Positions 26,695-40,900 are shown, numbered from the stretch's first letter. The stretch is 64,000 nt of DNA from Tubiluchus corallicola (GCA_030141605.1 JAQGDQ010000003.1:1364001-1428000); one strand, 5' to 3'. Numbers and translations: made by a program. The notes: generated by a model not told the origin, from the letters alone.

Positions 26695-29600
26695 CTCTGG
26701 CTTCACATCTTTTAACTCCAATTATACATTCGCTTTGTCAGGCGGATGGAATTATGGTGAAAACTGACAAATCAGTGCTCATGCGAGAACTAAAAAAACG
26801 GACTGAAACTGAAGAACCAATTGCCACTGACTGTACGATTGTAGATGGTATGTTCTTGTTGCACATACTTCGAGATTCACCACATTTGGAGGCAGTGTTA
26901 AGCGCATTCTTGACAAACTTCCAATAATGAAAGGAAGAGAAATTCATGTTGCTTTGATAAAGTAGTTTCTCCCTCGATAAAACATGCAGAGCGAGCCAAA
27001 TGGGATAATTTGGGTTTTCGTGATCAATGCTTTATTACCTCTGGAAATTAAATGAAGAGACCAAGTAATTTTATTTCAACCTTACGAAGTGACGATTTCA
27101 AGCAACAGCTAGTGTCTTTCTTGAAATATTACTGGGCATCAGACGACTCTTATCCTTGGCTGAAAGTATTGTATGCTAAGTATAATTATTATGAGATTTG
27201 CTATAGTTACCAGTCAGAGGGAGGGCATATCCAGCAGGAACAAGTGAGTGTAAATATGAAAAAGCAGATAGCAGAATGTTGTATCATATAATACAGCCCA
27301 GTCAATCCCCAGCATTGTTGTTGTTCGGACAAATGATGTTGATGTTTTAATAATTTTATTAGGAAATATGCATCGTGTTAAAGCTGGTGTCAAGATTTGT
27401 ATGGAAGTCGGCTTGCAAGGCAAAAACATGTTGCATTGTATTAATGTCACTAGTCTCGTCAACGAATTGGAAGTAGGGTTTGGAAAGTATTATCTGGATT
27501 TCATTGTTTTACAGGTTCTGATTATATAGCAGCAGAAAGGAAAGCTTCGCCCACTGAAACTTTTAGAAAAGTGTCCTGATGTCCAAATAGCTTTGCATCT
27601 TTAAGCCGTACGTCAGAAATTAGTTTTCCAACCATCAATGCTAGTGATACAACTCCCAGGCAGTTAATGAAACCAGAGATGAAATTCATAAACAGCTATC
27701 AGCCTATTTCCAAAAACAAACCATTAACTAAGATAAAAGGTGTAATGGCCCGTGAACATAGGGACAGACCATGGGGGTCAAGTAATGGTAGTCGCTGCTA
27801 AGTTCGATCAGTTCCTTAACCGAGCTAGGAGTACTAACCGACTGCCCACTAAAGGAAACAGACAGAAGCTGAGCGTAGGCAGACTCTCCGGGGCATTGCC
27901 TAAATAGCGTGGATTCTTTTGTGGTGTGATCAATAAAAAATGACAATTTATTTATCCCTCAAAATTCAAACTGTAGCCAGTCAATTAAGTAACAAAATAT
28001 TAAGTTTGATGACACAATAAAAATATCAAACAGTTTTGAAATTTAGGCATTTGCAAACAATAGAAATTAGTAATAAGCAAAATTTAATCTGAAAACGTTA
28101 TCAAACAGGATGGCGTAAAAACAAATGAAATAAGAAAAACACACGAAAATAATATCGTGTTCTTAACTGCTTAAAGGGAGTTCCTATTTATTCTACCAGC
28201 CACCCCACAAAGCGTATGGTAGTGTAGTATCTTTTCCAGACAGGAGTAGTTCGTGGTCGTAGTCATTTAGAGCGACTATGTATGGTTCAAAATTCATCTG
28301 ATAGGCTCACGATCCCCACAGTAACGCCGCAGAAAGTCTGAGGGAAATGTAATCCTTTCGGTGAACGTTTTACGTAAGTCTATCAAAATGGTGACGCGTG
28401 AACTGAGCTGTAGCTACACGTCCGTTGACAGGTACACATTGAAAGTAAGTTCGCCCAAAAGTAACAAACTGGCACCTTTGCCTTCCGGTCTATTGGAAAA
28501 AAGTTGCTACCCGGCAGTGATGACCTCTGCGTCACACACAATGGACTATCGAGCAGTGCACCTCTCCACCTGCATGATGGAACCTCAAAGAATTCAAAAC
28601 GACGTTCTGCCAGCAAGTAAGATCAACAAAGCGATGGAAATTAACGAGTGGACATCTTCCACCATCACAAATAGATCACTAGCTTTTCAAACATCAGCTA
28701 GCGGAAAACCAGGTAAAACGTAAAACGCAGTTAACCCAACCAAAGTCAAGTTGTATATATCGAAACTGTGTCGACGAAATTTGTGACACGAACATACACA
28801 AATCTATGCGTTTGGCTTCCCTCATTATGATTAAAATACATTAGTGAAAAGTGAATCGTTTACCCAAATCCGGGGGACTAAAATTCTCTAAACTAACGAA
28901 TAGTATCTAATTGATTATAACGAACTAAAAAATATTTACACTCGGCAAATGTAAGTAAAAAACAATCAGAGGGCAAAATTTGAAATTAAAGTTTACTGTT
29001 TATTTCCAAATTAAAACACGCCTTAGTAATTCAACCTGGGTCATTATAAAGGAATGGATGGGAGTGCAATGCACAACGCAGATCAGTGCTGTTACAAAAA
29101 ATCCTGCGCACCAATTACGACGTATGTGGCACTTGGAATAATGCCACAAGGGAATCAAAGTCAATATCTGACCACAACGTAGTGGGTTGGTGTTGTTGGA
29201 CAAGCACCATCATCCAAAATGGTTCAAAGGAGACCAAGTTCCACGGACTTTTGATTGCATACTAGCTAAAACTCTAATTGTTAGTAATATAAGTCTTAAT
29301 TCTACTGGTATTGCTGCTACTAAACACAACAATGGCGACGACGACGACGCCGATGATGCTGATGCTGATAATTAAGATTATAGTGATATCGCTGCTGATG
29401 GTGTAGGGATTGCATTTAACCTCAGTTAAAGTCAACTGTGGCGAGCAACTATAATTTCTGTTAAGTTGTTTTTAATAAGATAGCGTAAATCTTATTAAGT
29501 ATCTTACTTAGATTAGATTAGATTACTTTTTTAATAAGCTTAATAAATACGCTTAATAAGATAGCGTAAATCTTATTAAGTATCTTAGTTAGATTAGATT

Positions 29601-29870
29601 AGATTACTTTTTTAGCCTGAAAGCTATATAAAAATCACAAAACATTTACAGAATGCAGAGTAAAAAGAACCTTCGTTGGCTATCACATTGGAAGACTATT
29701 AGCTATTTTACAGAAAGGCTTGCTCCAGTCAACTATTCCACCATCCTAAATAATGTTGATTTTTATACTAGTCCTGATAGTAATTAGTTTTTCTGCAAAG
29801 GTGGAAACATGTGGTACTGATATATAAATTATTAGTAGAACATATATCAGAAGCACTGCAGTAATAAGGT
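26695..29870 (+). mobile_element. Decayed Academ(X)-like DNA transposon (XPG/FEN-like nuclease region), split by a solo LTR
   Basis: Frameshifted peptides LTPIIHSLCQADGIMVKTDKSVL, TIVDGMFLLH, KYEKADSRMLYH, VVRTNDVDVLIILL, LSGFHCFTGSDY and GKLRPLKLL, then KPLTKIKG|MDGSAM across the LTR. These match the DG / EEAD / DTDV / HxxTGCD metal-binding pattern of FEN/XPG-family nucleases, which Academ(X) elements carry. Superfamily assignment is by motif recall, not a database search. Confidence 0.72.
27741..29048. mobile_element. Solo LTR (~1.3 kb, Gypsy-like, 4-bp TSD)
   Basis: Starts TGTAATGGCCC and ends GGGTCATTATA (inverted, 9/11; TG...CA with one substitution). Flanked by AAGG at 27737-27740 and 29049-29052. 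Removing it restores the host frame TKIKG-MDG, matching the uninterrupted copy (SQVKGMDA) on the other arm. Confidence 0.88.
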
Positions 29871-30329
29871 CCTTGCATTAGCGCATAAAGAGTGTGAATA
29901 TTCATGCAGTGAGTTAAATTTTAGTTATAAAAAACTGGTTCCCGGCAAGTTTAAAAACCTGCCGCAATCTGTTAAGAATATAACACAATTGCCTTATTTG
30001 TGATCGATAGTCGGGATGCCCCTTCCATTACTCCTGGGGATGCGTGAGCTGTTTGAGCACCACCACACTATGTGACATAACGAAATCCAGGGGAAGCATT
30101 TGACACGCCCAAAAAATAGTCCAACACTAATGAATGATTTACGATGTGCCGTGTGACACTTAGCGAATAGTTTCTTTGGAAAAACTGCTGTTCTATAATG
30201 TGTACATGAGCGCACCGAAATTATTGCAGCAAACCGGATATTTTAATTCTGACACTGTTACAACGTCGTTTTAAAGTCAGTGTAGTAACTCGTACACGCG
30301 TGTGTTACTGGCGCATTGTGAGTTTAACA

Positions 30330-31936
30330 ATGAAAAATTCAAGTGAACCTAGCCAACAGGCTGTGCAGGTAAATAATTTATAGCAACTAATATTATAATT
30401 ATTATATAGTAACCCCTTTCATACGTTATTTACATTTCTGTAAAATTTAGCTTAGTTTCTGATTAAGTTAAATTAATTTGTTTTTATTTGTGACATACTA
30501 TAAAATTACGTGCTTATTCTCTTGCAGATGATCTGCATTTATCGCAAAGACTAGTGTAAACAATGAACATTATTTTTCAAACCTTTTGTCACACTTTTAT
30601 GACAAAATATTAAAACTAAAATGCCTGTGTAAAAGAATCTTGCCATGGATTATCGTGAATACGCTCAATTCAGTCGTTTTAGCACATTAAATACTATAAA
30701 TGTTCACGAGTCTATTGAGATTTCTCTAATCTGTGCTGAATATTTTAGATCCATGCAGAGCTCACATTGAATCTTTCATACAAAAAACTTTGGTTTCAAT
30801 TCTGAAGTTATAAAAATTAACCAGATTCGTCACCTCTGTGTACCGTTTTGTTGTTGCGGTTAATCTAAGCGTTTGATCTCTCTAACCTTCTTCAGCTTTT
30901 CTTTTTTTACGCAGTTGTGAGGTAATTGGGTACACGTAATGTTACTGTTATTTAGCTCATAACGCTTATATTATTATTATTGTTATTGCTGTTGTTGTTG
31001 TTGTTGTAGTTGTTGTTGTCGTTGTCGTCGTCTTCGTCGTCGTCGTCATCATCATCATCATCATCATCATTATTATCATACTATGCTTTTTATTTCAGGC
31101 AAAATGTCCCATATACAAACATGGGTTCTTCTACAGTGCATAATTTAGTAATAATACAACCCTGCATATAAAATCAGAACTTATAGTTTACGTGTGCATC
31201 TGTTTGTTCGTGTGCAATTGACTCTAATGAAATCCTTACTGTGATAACGGGGTAAAGCTGAATTTAGCGTACGGTAATAATCGGTAATAATGTACACACG
31301 CCAAAGCACTAAATAGACCTACTAATCAATAAAATCCTCGTTTTTGAAGTCATGGTTTAATCAAACAGCTGTGCTTTGAATAAAATTGCAAATAACTGGT
31401 AGAAACTAGAGCCTAACAAACGCTGGCTTTAACTGTACATTTTTTTTACTTTTATTGATTAAATAAAAATGCATTCAAATACCTATAAGTACAACTATAG
31501 AAGTACAAATACTTAGATTTAATTTTTTTTATTTAGTCTAAACACAAAGTAGTAAATATATGTTTATATTCAATTTCAATCCATATGAATTAATTTAGTT
31601 AGTTAAATCAGAACCGCGCTGCCCATTATGTCTCATAAGCATTCAGCATTTCACGAAACTCTACATACATGAGGTATATAAGAAAATCGATAACGGTTCC
31701 TAACAATAGCAAATAAATATTCACCCAAAAAATTGAAATTAAGTGGCTTACCCGTAGCCTCGTATCTGATTTTTATCATATTAGGCCTAATTTTCAATCA
31801 CATTTTGTTGTTTTACTGGGTTGCCCTTGTCTGTATATAGGTCTATTCATGCTTCGCTTTCTTAATAACCATACATAAGCCTGATTGCTTGAATAAGATA
31901 CATACACACACACACACCCGCGCGCGCACGCACGTA

Positions 31937-31968
<32 letters not shown>

Positions 31969-34900
31969 CACACACGCACACATATGGGTTCGATGACATT
32001 TAGGTTTAAAGTTAGATTTAGCACATAATTTGTGTTGTAATTAGTGTGTTTTAATTCTGACTAATGTATCATTATTTGAAGGTGATAAATATCAGTTCAG
32101 TAAGTTATCAGCGTCGAGGTAATGCATGTTTTACGAGAAACAACGTTATAAAATCTAATATTTTGACTTAAAAAACTTTTTTCTAGGACATTACGAAAAA
32201 CTCACTTCAGTTAATAGAAACTGGAGCTGCTGATAAAACAGCCAATGCTGCCACAAAGCTGGCTAGTAGTGTTGTTAAATTTGGATGGATTAAAGGAGTT
32301 TTGGTATGTGATACATCATTGAATCAACAATTACACCTTGCAGTTTGCCAGTTAATTTCATCAGCCTTAATAACAATTATTATTTAATGTATAATAATAA
32401 TGAATGTTCTGAAATCAAATTTTAAGAAGTCGATAAAATAATATATAAAATGAAAATGATAGAGAGAAAGAAATTAGAACATCAATGTTTTTATAAATTA
32501 TTAAAATTACAGGTACGATGTCTACTCAATATCTGGGGTGTTATGCTATTTCTTCGGCTGTCTTGGGTCGTAGGGCAGGCTGGAATTGGTAAGAACAGCT
32601 TGGACTGTATTGTTCCGGTTTAACTTGTGTAACACTTTTTCCAAGTCTGAACTTGCTGAATTTAATAAAAGTATCAATGTAGATTGTTGATAATCGAGGT
32701 TTGCACTATATATTATGTTTGCACGTTTATTTATATAGGCCTATTCGTTTAGTTATTTATTTTCGCATAACCTATAGCTATTCTTTAGCCTTTAGTCATC
32801 GGCACATTCGGTCCCCTCGTCCCTCATTCGTAAGTTTCACCTTCCTGATTAGGCTAGTTTACATTCCGGACATTCGTTTTATTAATCCACAGGCATTAGA
32901 CAACAAGTATCTGATACGTGGCATTTGGGCACGGGACATTTGGGCACCAATAAAATTTAATATTGTACTTGATTTTTTTCATTTTGTTTATTAACTTTTT
33001 AATTATTCACTATTTTCCTAACTCTCATAATATTTCTTTTAAAATCGCCTTACTAAATTTAGCATGTACACTACGCAGGGATACAAAAATTAAAGTCTGT
33101 CAATTGACTCTGCACTTTCTGATTTTCCACTTTTAGTATTAGTGTGCTTGTTTATAAAATGAACGAAGTAGAAAACACTACAAATTTAGTTTGCAATTTT
33201 ATTTCAACAATATCTAATGCATCACAAAAACATGTGGTATTTCAGCTAGCCTTATGAGCTAGACCCCGTGTCTGGTGCCGAAACAGCCGCGTCCAAATGG
33301 CCTGCACCCTCAAATAAGTGTTGTACTCAATATGTGCAACATGCACACTCGTATACTGCATATTGTCTTCTTGCTTAGGTTTAGCGACAGTGATTATACT
33401 GCTATCCGCACTGGTCACAACTTTAACTTCGTTATCTATGTCAGCTATCTGCACAAATGGGGAAGTAAAAGGAGGTAAGAAAGATTAATTCTCGTTCGCG
33501 ATAGGACTAGTAATAATCCAAACATTGGGTTATTTTACAAGGCAATTTAAATTAGCGCTGACACATAACTATGGCTGTATTGATTCCATTTATTAACCTG
33601 TGCAGTTCGCACTATAAACAATTCTTTAGCTCATAAATTTACGATATTATAACAGCAATAAATTGCTTCCTTACTTACTTAGATGAGAGCCACAAAACAC
33701 GTGGTTTGTAATTACATACAAAATGTTCACAGCATCGCTAAAGCTATCTGTACAAAGCTAATGTGGAAATATTAAAGGCTAATGTGCCATTGGTAACCAT
33801 CTAATTTGCCTGCTTTCATAAATGTGCTAGAATTAATATTAATCGTTAAGTTTAATTGCACCGCAAACAATTAGCATAGGTACTTATACTGGCACAAATT
33901 TTCCGTGTCGTTAACGTAGCATTTATTACAAGTGCGATAATTAAGGCACATTTAAAATATGATACGTAAACTTCTAGTTTATTAAAATTCTTCAGTTATT
34001 TTACTTAGAAAGCAAATTCTGTATTACAGGAGGGGCATACTATATGATTTCGCGAAGTCTAGGCCCAGAATTTGGTGGTGCCATTGGAATTATTTTTTCA
34101 ATTGCTAATGCTGTTGGAGTGGCACTATATGTTGTTGGTTTTGCGGAGACTGTTAGAGATCTTTTAAAGGTATGTGCAGCACGTGTAGCTGTAGAAATTT
34201 GTATTTTCTAATTACTCTTTTTGGTGCCCAAAAAAGCTATCTCGTTCTGTAGAAAACGGATACATTCACGTAATTAGCATCTGGTAGTGATTTGGTTCTA
34301 AAAGCATTAATAGTAAAGATAATGGAGATTAATAGTTGGTACAGTGTTTTTTGTCCGCTTCGAATGTCTGAAGGATCCCTAAAATAAGCGTTATTTTGCA
34401 TGACAAATGTGGTCGAAAATTGTCCGTTTTGGTTGTTCTTGTCGAACCTGACAGCAAACTGTTCCTTTCGGCGATTTTTGTCTGACTAATCATTGTATAA
34501 CATATTTCAAATTGCTGGACGAATCTAGCTAAACAGCCGCTCACAGTAAAAAATTAATCGTGGGTCACTGTATCAAGTGGAATGACTGGATTTTTTATTT
34601 TATTTATTTTTTAATACATTCGTGTTTCAACGTTACATCAATAAAAGTGTGTGCTGGTATTTAATAGTTTGGCTCAATCCATTTGTCAGCCGTGTGTTGA
34701 TACAATAACTTTCTTGTTTACTGCTCCTGTTTTTCATCAAGGCATCAAAGATTTTTTTTATATTGTCAAACAGGAATATGGTCACCAGATAGTGGATATC
34801 AGCAACGATGTTAGAATTATAGGCTGTGCCACTGCTATTATCTTACTAGCAATTGCACTTGTAGGCATGGAGTGGGAAGCCAGAGTAAGTATACATTACT

Positions 34901-37900
34901 AGAAAATGACAATGCTTTCCCTTTTTTGTCAAGTTTCTCTTATCTCTTCGTAGAAAACAAGGAATTTCATTTATATTGTTCCAGTCAATATTGATAATAC
35001 AGCAAAGTTAGAACAAGTTTTTTTACTACTGTCTTTAATGTCTTCTCTTCTGCTATCTGTCTGTGTGTGTCTCCCTCTTTCTTTTTCGCTTTCTCACTCC
35101 CTTCTCTTTCTGAGTGCATGTGTATCTATTCTTTGCTTTTTGTTCCTGTCCCGTTTTCTTTTTTCATCTTTCTCTTTCATCTATTAGTGAATCTAATAAA
35201 TAATGATAAGCTGCAGGAATAACAATTTTAAAGATGAAGCTGTAAATTGTCACTACCATTCAATCCATTAATTGTTTTATTTCAGGCTCAATTGATTCTA
35301 TTATTCATTCTTCTTGTTGCAATTTTGGATTTCATTATTGGAACTTTCTTTCCCGTTACATTGGCAAGAGGAATAACAGGATACACAGGATATTTAGGTT
35401 TGTTAAAAAATTATTTGCACCACGATACAGTTTTAGTGCGGTTGCAGTCCCCATAATTAATTATCGAATTGCACATTAAAATAATTATGAATTTCTTTCA
35501 CTTTAAAGCAAGTTAATGTTATAGAAGTGCTCTTCTACATTATGTAATATTTTGAAAGTTTGAAAGCATTCGGCACTTTTCAAATCTATTGTCACACAGT
35601 GATGACCATTTTTAAAATTCATTTCTATGGAGTGGTTATAGGAAGCTTCATTTTATTTAGCAATAGACACTGCTCCAAACTAGGCGAAGGTGTTAAAAGA
35701 ACATAACATGGAAACACATAAATATAATGTGACGCCAATGTTCTTATTATTATGTTTTCAATTATTTTGACAATAATAATAGTTACATTTTGCATGCTCA
35801 TTGATGTGATTTTATTTATGCTATCTTCCGAGAACAAGTTACAGAGAACATACTGAATATTTTGCCTTCTATACCTGGTTCTGCACGATCTCTTGTCAAA
35901 TAAAATGTTGAGCTCCATCCCCTTGGCTAAGCCTCTACACTAAACGACAACAGGAAAATAGGAAAATGACGTGGCACATTTGGGAATATGATTTATTCTC
36001 GGGCAAAAACGATGCCAAAATGAGGAAAACATCATGATCTTATTACAGGAAACATCGAACATCTACAGTCACTTAAAAACAAAAAAACATTTCAACGTGT
36101 TGGTCTTTTCGTGCAATCATCTGTACTTCGCTCGAAGATCTTTGCTACACGTTTGCTGTTTAACATTTAGACAAAAACGAATTACTGCAACGCAGCTACA
36201 ATTCGTGAGAAATACCACTAGGAATTTTTTCTCGACGAATTTTTCCTTACATCATCAGAGTTAAAAAATTCCGGGCTGTAATAGTTTATGAAATCCGTAG
36301 GTTTTTGACCCGTGTGTTTATTTTTCATGTCTTCATTTATAGGGTTTAGTTATAATAAACTTCAATCCAGGCTTCAGTGCTGTAGTATGAGACAACACAT
36401 AACTGTTATATATTAGGCTTACGGTTACCTTCAACTAAAAAAACTGAAGAATCATGGCCTACACTTGGGTGATCTGCAGTACCTGACGATGGGAAACAGA
36501 TTTTAGTGGGGGAGTCGATGATCTTGAGTAGGTGATTCAACATCAAGGGTCAATAACAATTCAAAAATTGCCGGAAAAATCTGTGACGGCTAGGGACAAT
36601 TATGCTCTGGTAACTTATACTATACCTATGGAGTAAGTATGGTTACATCTTAGAGATATCTACAATAAATGTAGTGCAGGTTATATACAGATAAGGGTGT
36701 ATTTTTTAATATGATTATCGATGTCCTTACATTGAGTTTGCGGTGTGAACTAAAATGGGAATCCGAATGAAAACGAGTCGGTGAGATGGTCAGTGAATAG
36801 GAAAACAAACTACAATGTAAAAATTCGGAAAAACAACTTAAAGGGACGGGCCTAAATGATACTGTACAAAGCCACATTCTATAAAATATAAGGGGTTCAA
36901 AGCCACACACTACAGTATAGGATGTCCTGTGGTCCCGCCTAACTTGTATATTGCTTTTTTGTTATTCTCTGTTCTGTAAATTACAGGCAGGACATTTGTG
37001 TCGAATTTCGGTCCAGATTTTCGAGACGGAGAGCGGTTATTCTCAGTCTTTGCAATCTTTTTTCCTGCTGCAACGGGAATATTGGCAGGGGCAAATATTT
37101 CTGGCGATTTGAAGGTTGGTTGTTTAACATGCTATAAATAAAAAAATAAGAGTTTGCTATTATTGACCTTAAAGTCAACATCATTATAAAATGCAAATTT
37201 GATTTCATTCCTTAACAGTATTTGTCTATGTTCAGAAATAATACAGAGTCATTGATTAAATGTCTGCTTGTTTAAAAGTTGCTGTGATTCTTGTATTATG
37301 TAAGACTCTTGCATTATTTGAGTGTATCATATAATTTGATTGTATCACGTTAAATATTCTCTTCTTTCGGTGACTGCCACGTCTGCGACCTTACAGGTTT
37401 TTTGTGTCAGTCTCCTTGACACATCGTCACGTTGTATGTGTAACATTTTAGCCTGATCAGTAGACTGGTGGGAGACTACTAGAAAACTGATTTTACTGAA
37501 CCTTCTGCATGTATATGTACACCTTCCCGTGGCTAAGACGCTGTGCTGATTCAATGGCGAATCTTTGAGATTAATATGCATGATTAGCCAGATTGTGGGC
37601 CGTCCGTTCAATATTAATAGTAGCCCCCGTGTTTGCAGTGCGTCAGGTCATACAAAACACTACTCTATAAATGTGAAAGCTACGTTTATACTGAACTTGA
37701 ACATGGCATCAGCAACTTTCGTTCATTTTTAGGACGCCCAAAAAGCAATACCCAAAGGAACAATGCTAGCAATAATTATCAGTACCGTCATGTACGTGGC
37801 ATTAGCATGGATGGTTGGAGCAGTCGTAGTCAGGTGCCGCATTAATTTTTTTCTATGTAATTAAACCATGAAATACATTGAAATTGATAGTTATTAGTCT

Positions 37901-40900
37901 TTGGGAAAAATTAACTCTTTTGTTTCGTTACATAATACTAAGCAGAACTGTTTAAAAACCAACGTTAATAGTTTTTGCACTCATTATAATAATGAAAGTA
38001 CGTTGTAAAGATTATGTGTAAGGCGTACGTTAACTTTTAATGGTTTCTCTTAAATTAAGAGATGCAAGCGGCAACGTGGACGAATTCGTGAACGGAACTG
38101 GCGATTTCTTTTGTTTAAATTCAAGCGGGGAATGTGAATACGGACTTATGAATAATGCTCGGGTGAGTACATTTAAACGTGTAGGCTTAATATGGGAAAT
38201 GTTCTTGTACCATCCTTGTTTAGATATAAAAAGCAAATTGCATTTATATTTTACTCTTTACAAAATTGTTTTTACTGCTAAAAGAAAAGAATTAAAATTG
38301 ACAGGTGATGGAAATGGTATCTGCTTGGTCGCCTCTCGTCCTCGCTGGAATTTTTGCTGCAACTCTTTCCTCTGCGCTTGCCAGCCTGGTTGGTGCACCT
38401 AAAATTTTTCAGGTACGTTAATGAAGGTATATGTGCCTCATTTAAGCTTTAAATTTTAGACAAACACCAGACACTTGTGGCGCTTAAGTTTGGCTTAAAA
38501 TGTGTTAAGTAATGCGTCTTTTGATGAGGCGCCATCGAGTTAACGCGTGTAGATTTGTTTCACATCAGCGGTCACTTGAAAGATAAACACGACATACGAT
38601 AGTCAACCTCTGACACTAACTCTGCCACCAGTTTCAAGGCGACCGCGTATATTACTTTGACACTACTTTGGATTTTTCACTGTGTGCTTTTTTAAATTTT
38701 TAAGGCATTGTGCAAGGATCGATTGTTTCCAGGCATTCATGTGTTTGCTGTTGGACGACCGAAAACCGATGAACCTTTTCGCGCTTATTTTCTTTGCTTC
38801 TTTATCGCCGTTTGTTTCATACTTATAGGTAAGTTTATTTATAATTGTCACCCTTATTTGGAAATTTAGTGCTTTTCTTATTCGTTTGCAGGCGGTCAGT
38901 TTATAGTCGTTGCATGTGTTTAGAAGCTAGCATGTTTCACTTGAGTCAAGCGCACATTGTTAATTCTTTTTGCAGGTGATTTGAATTCAATAGCTCCTAT
39001 TATTTCCAATTTTTTCCTAATGGCTTACACACTTATCAACTACTCTTGTTTTGATGCCGCTCACGCAAACTCTCCAGGTAAGACAGATTTATTGTTAAAG
39101 TCAAATTTTTGTGTGTAAATGTTGTGCAAATATTTGAAAATTGTAAATGTGAGAAATTGTTGAATGTTTTAAATGTAGTCTTTAAAGAATCTGTAGAGAT
39201 AAGAAGAACAGTGCTTGTGGCTGGCAAGTACAGGTAAAATGAATGATACACACTTAAAATATTAACACAAAATTGTAATATGAAATCAAATTTGTTGCCA
39301 TCTATAAATATTATAACAATGTCACTGTGTCAAACTGCTAGGCGAATATCGACGTGTTAATTTTGCTTTTAGGCTTCACGTTTAATTTGGGAATAGAAAA
39401 ACATTCATGTGGTTACGTGAAAGGGAAAACCACATCTTCGTTACCAAAATTAGATAAGCTCACCACACTTCAGTAGTAGTATAGTTTATTGACTATAAAT
39501 ACAATGATTAATACAATAACTGGGGCAGCAGAAAATAATAAAATTTACAGTCCATTCATTATTCTTTTCAAGAATTTGTCATAGGTGGATCACATTAGCA
39601 TATAAAATAAAATGGTTGTACCAACTTTATACCATTGAAAAAGTGGTTATACATTTTAGTTTTATATTTTAAGCGATTAGTAAACATTAATAAAACCACT
39701 GTGAGTGCAAATTTCAAATGCATGGTTGCTCTCCATAATATTAGACAGTGCAGAAAAGTTCACACTAGGATATTTCCTTCTAATTTCAGTAGTTAAGTTA
39801 CAGTTCGCTAATACATGTTTTTCTGTTTGTATCTCTCCGCATGTGCATAGTCTTTGGTTTCTCTATTTACCATCCCATCTACCGGTCAGAATTCTTAAGT
39901 GATGCGCTTGTAGCCTTTGTCGAGAGAAAGCCATGCGGTATTTTTCTATAGTATTCTCTGGTATGTTTGGGGTTTTCAAGTCAGGGTTAAATTCCTTGTA
40001 AACCATACATTTGGTATAGTTACTGTTCAGAACTCTTTCCTTTAGTCAGTTGTGTTGCTGTGCACAGTACACTTTCTCGTTGACTGTTGGTAAGTTTCTC
40101 AAGCATTTTTTAAGTCACTGTTACACTGACTTGCCATTTCATATGCTTCGAACAGTGTCTGATGTTTCTCTGGAGAGTTTGTCATCTTCCTCCACACACG
40201 AATTTGCCTGCACTTGGCCCATGTTGAGAAAGTTGGATAGCCGGTTTCCAACAGCACTAAATCATTGCATGTTGCACGTTTAACAGACAGCAGAGATTTG
40301 ATGAGATCCATATATATGGTGTTAGGTATAATGCTTTTCAAGTCAGTATTCCACATTTTGGTACTATAGAAGACACCTGCTACTAATGCGCTATCCAGTA
40401 CGGATAGTCATTGTTCTTACTGATAAATGCGTGGAATTTTAAGATGTCGGGATTTTTATTCTCAAGATGTTTTGTAATAACTATACTCATCTTCGCATCT
40501 TGCGTTATCATTGCGCCAACATATGTATATGTGGTAGTGTGTTTTATCACAACATTGTCAACAGTTAGCAGTACCCTGTCTTGCTCATCGCCACCTACAA
40601 CCATAAATTTCGTTTTGATTGTATTCATGCTCATGTCATAGTTATTGCAAAATTGTAATAACGTCTGCATCTTTTCGATACTTTTTCTTTTTGTTGATGC
40701 CACAATGGCCGTGTCATCAATCATGAGCTGACAATGAAGGCTACGAAACCAGCTATCCTCACCGAGTGCTTTTAGAACCCTTATAAACAGAACAGCAGGC
40801 TTGAACTTGGTGAGCCTTGTTTTACCCCACAGTTTTAACTAAACTCTGTATCGCCTAATATGCTCTTTGTCAGTTTATACATTTGTGCGATAGCTCTTAA

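Noticed and set aside
28361-28723. 120-aa ORF inside the solo LTR
   Set aside because: GTG start, no recognisable motif, lies within an LTR; likely a chance ORF.
29187-29375. Small acidic protein ORF
   Set aside because: It is the frameshifted C-terminus of the decayed transposon ORF plus a GAC/GAT repeat.
36485-36505. Hammerhead core CTGACGA-TGG-GAAA
   Set aside because: No pairable stem II and no complementary stems I or III.
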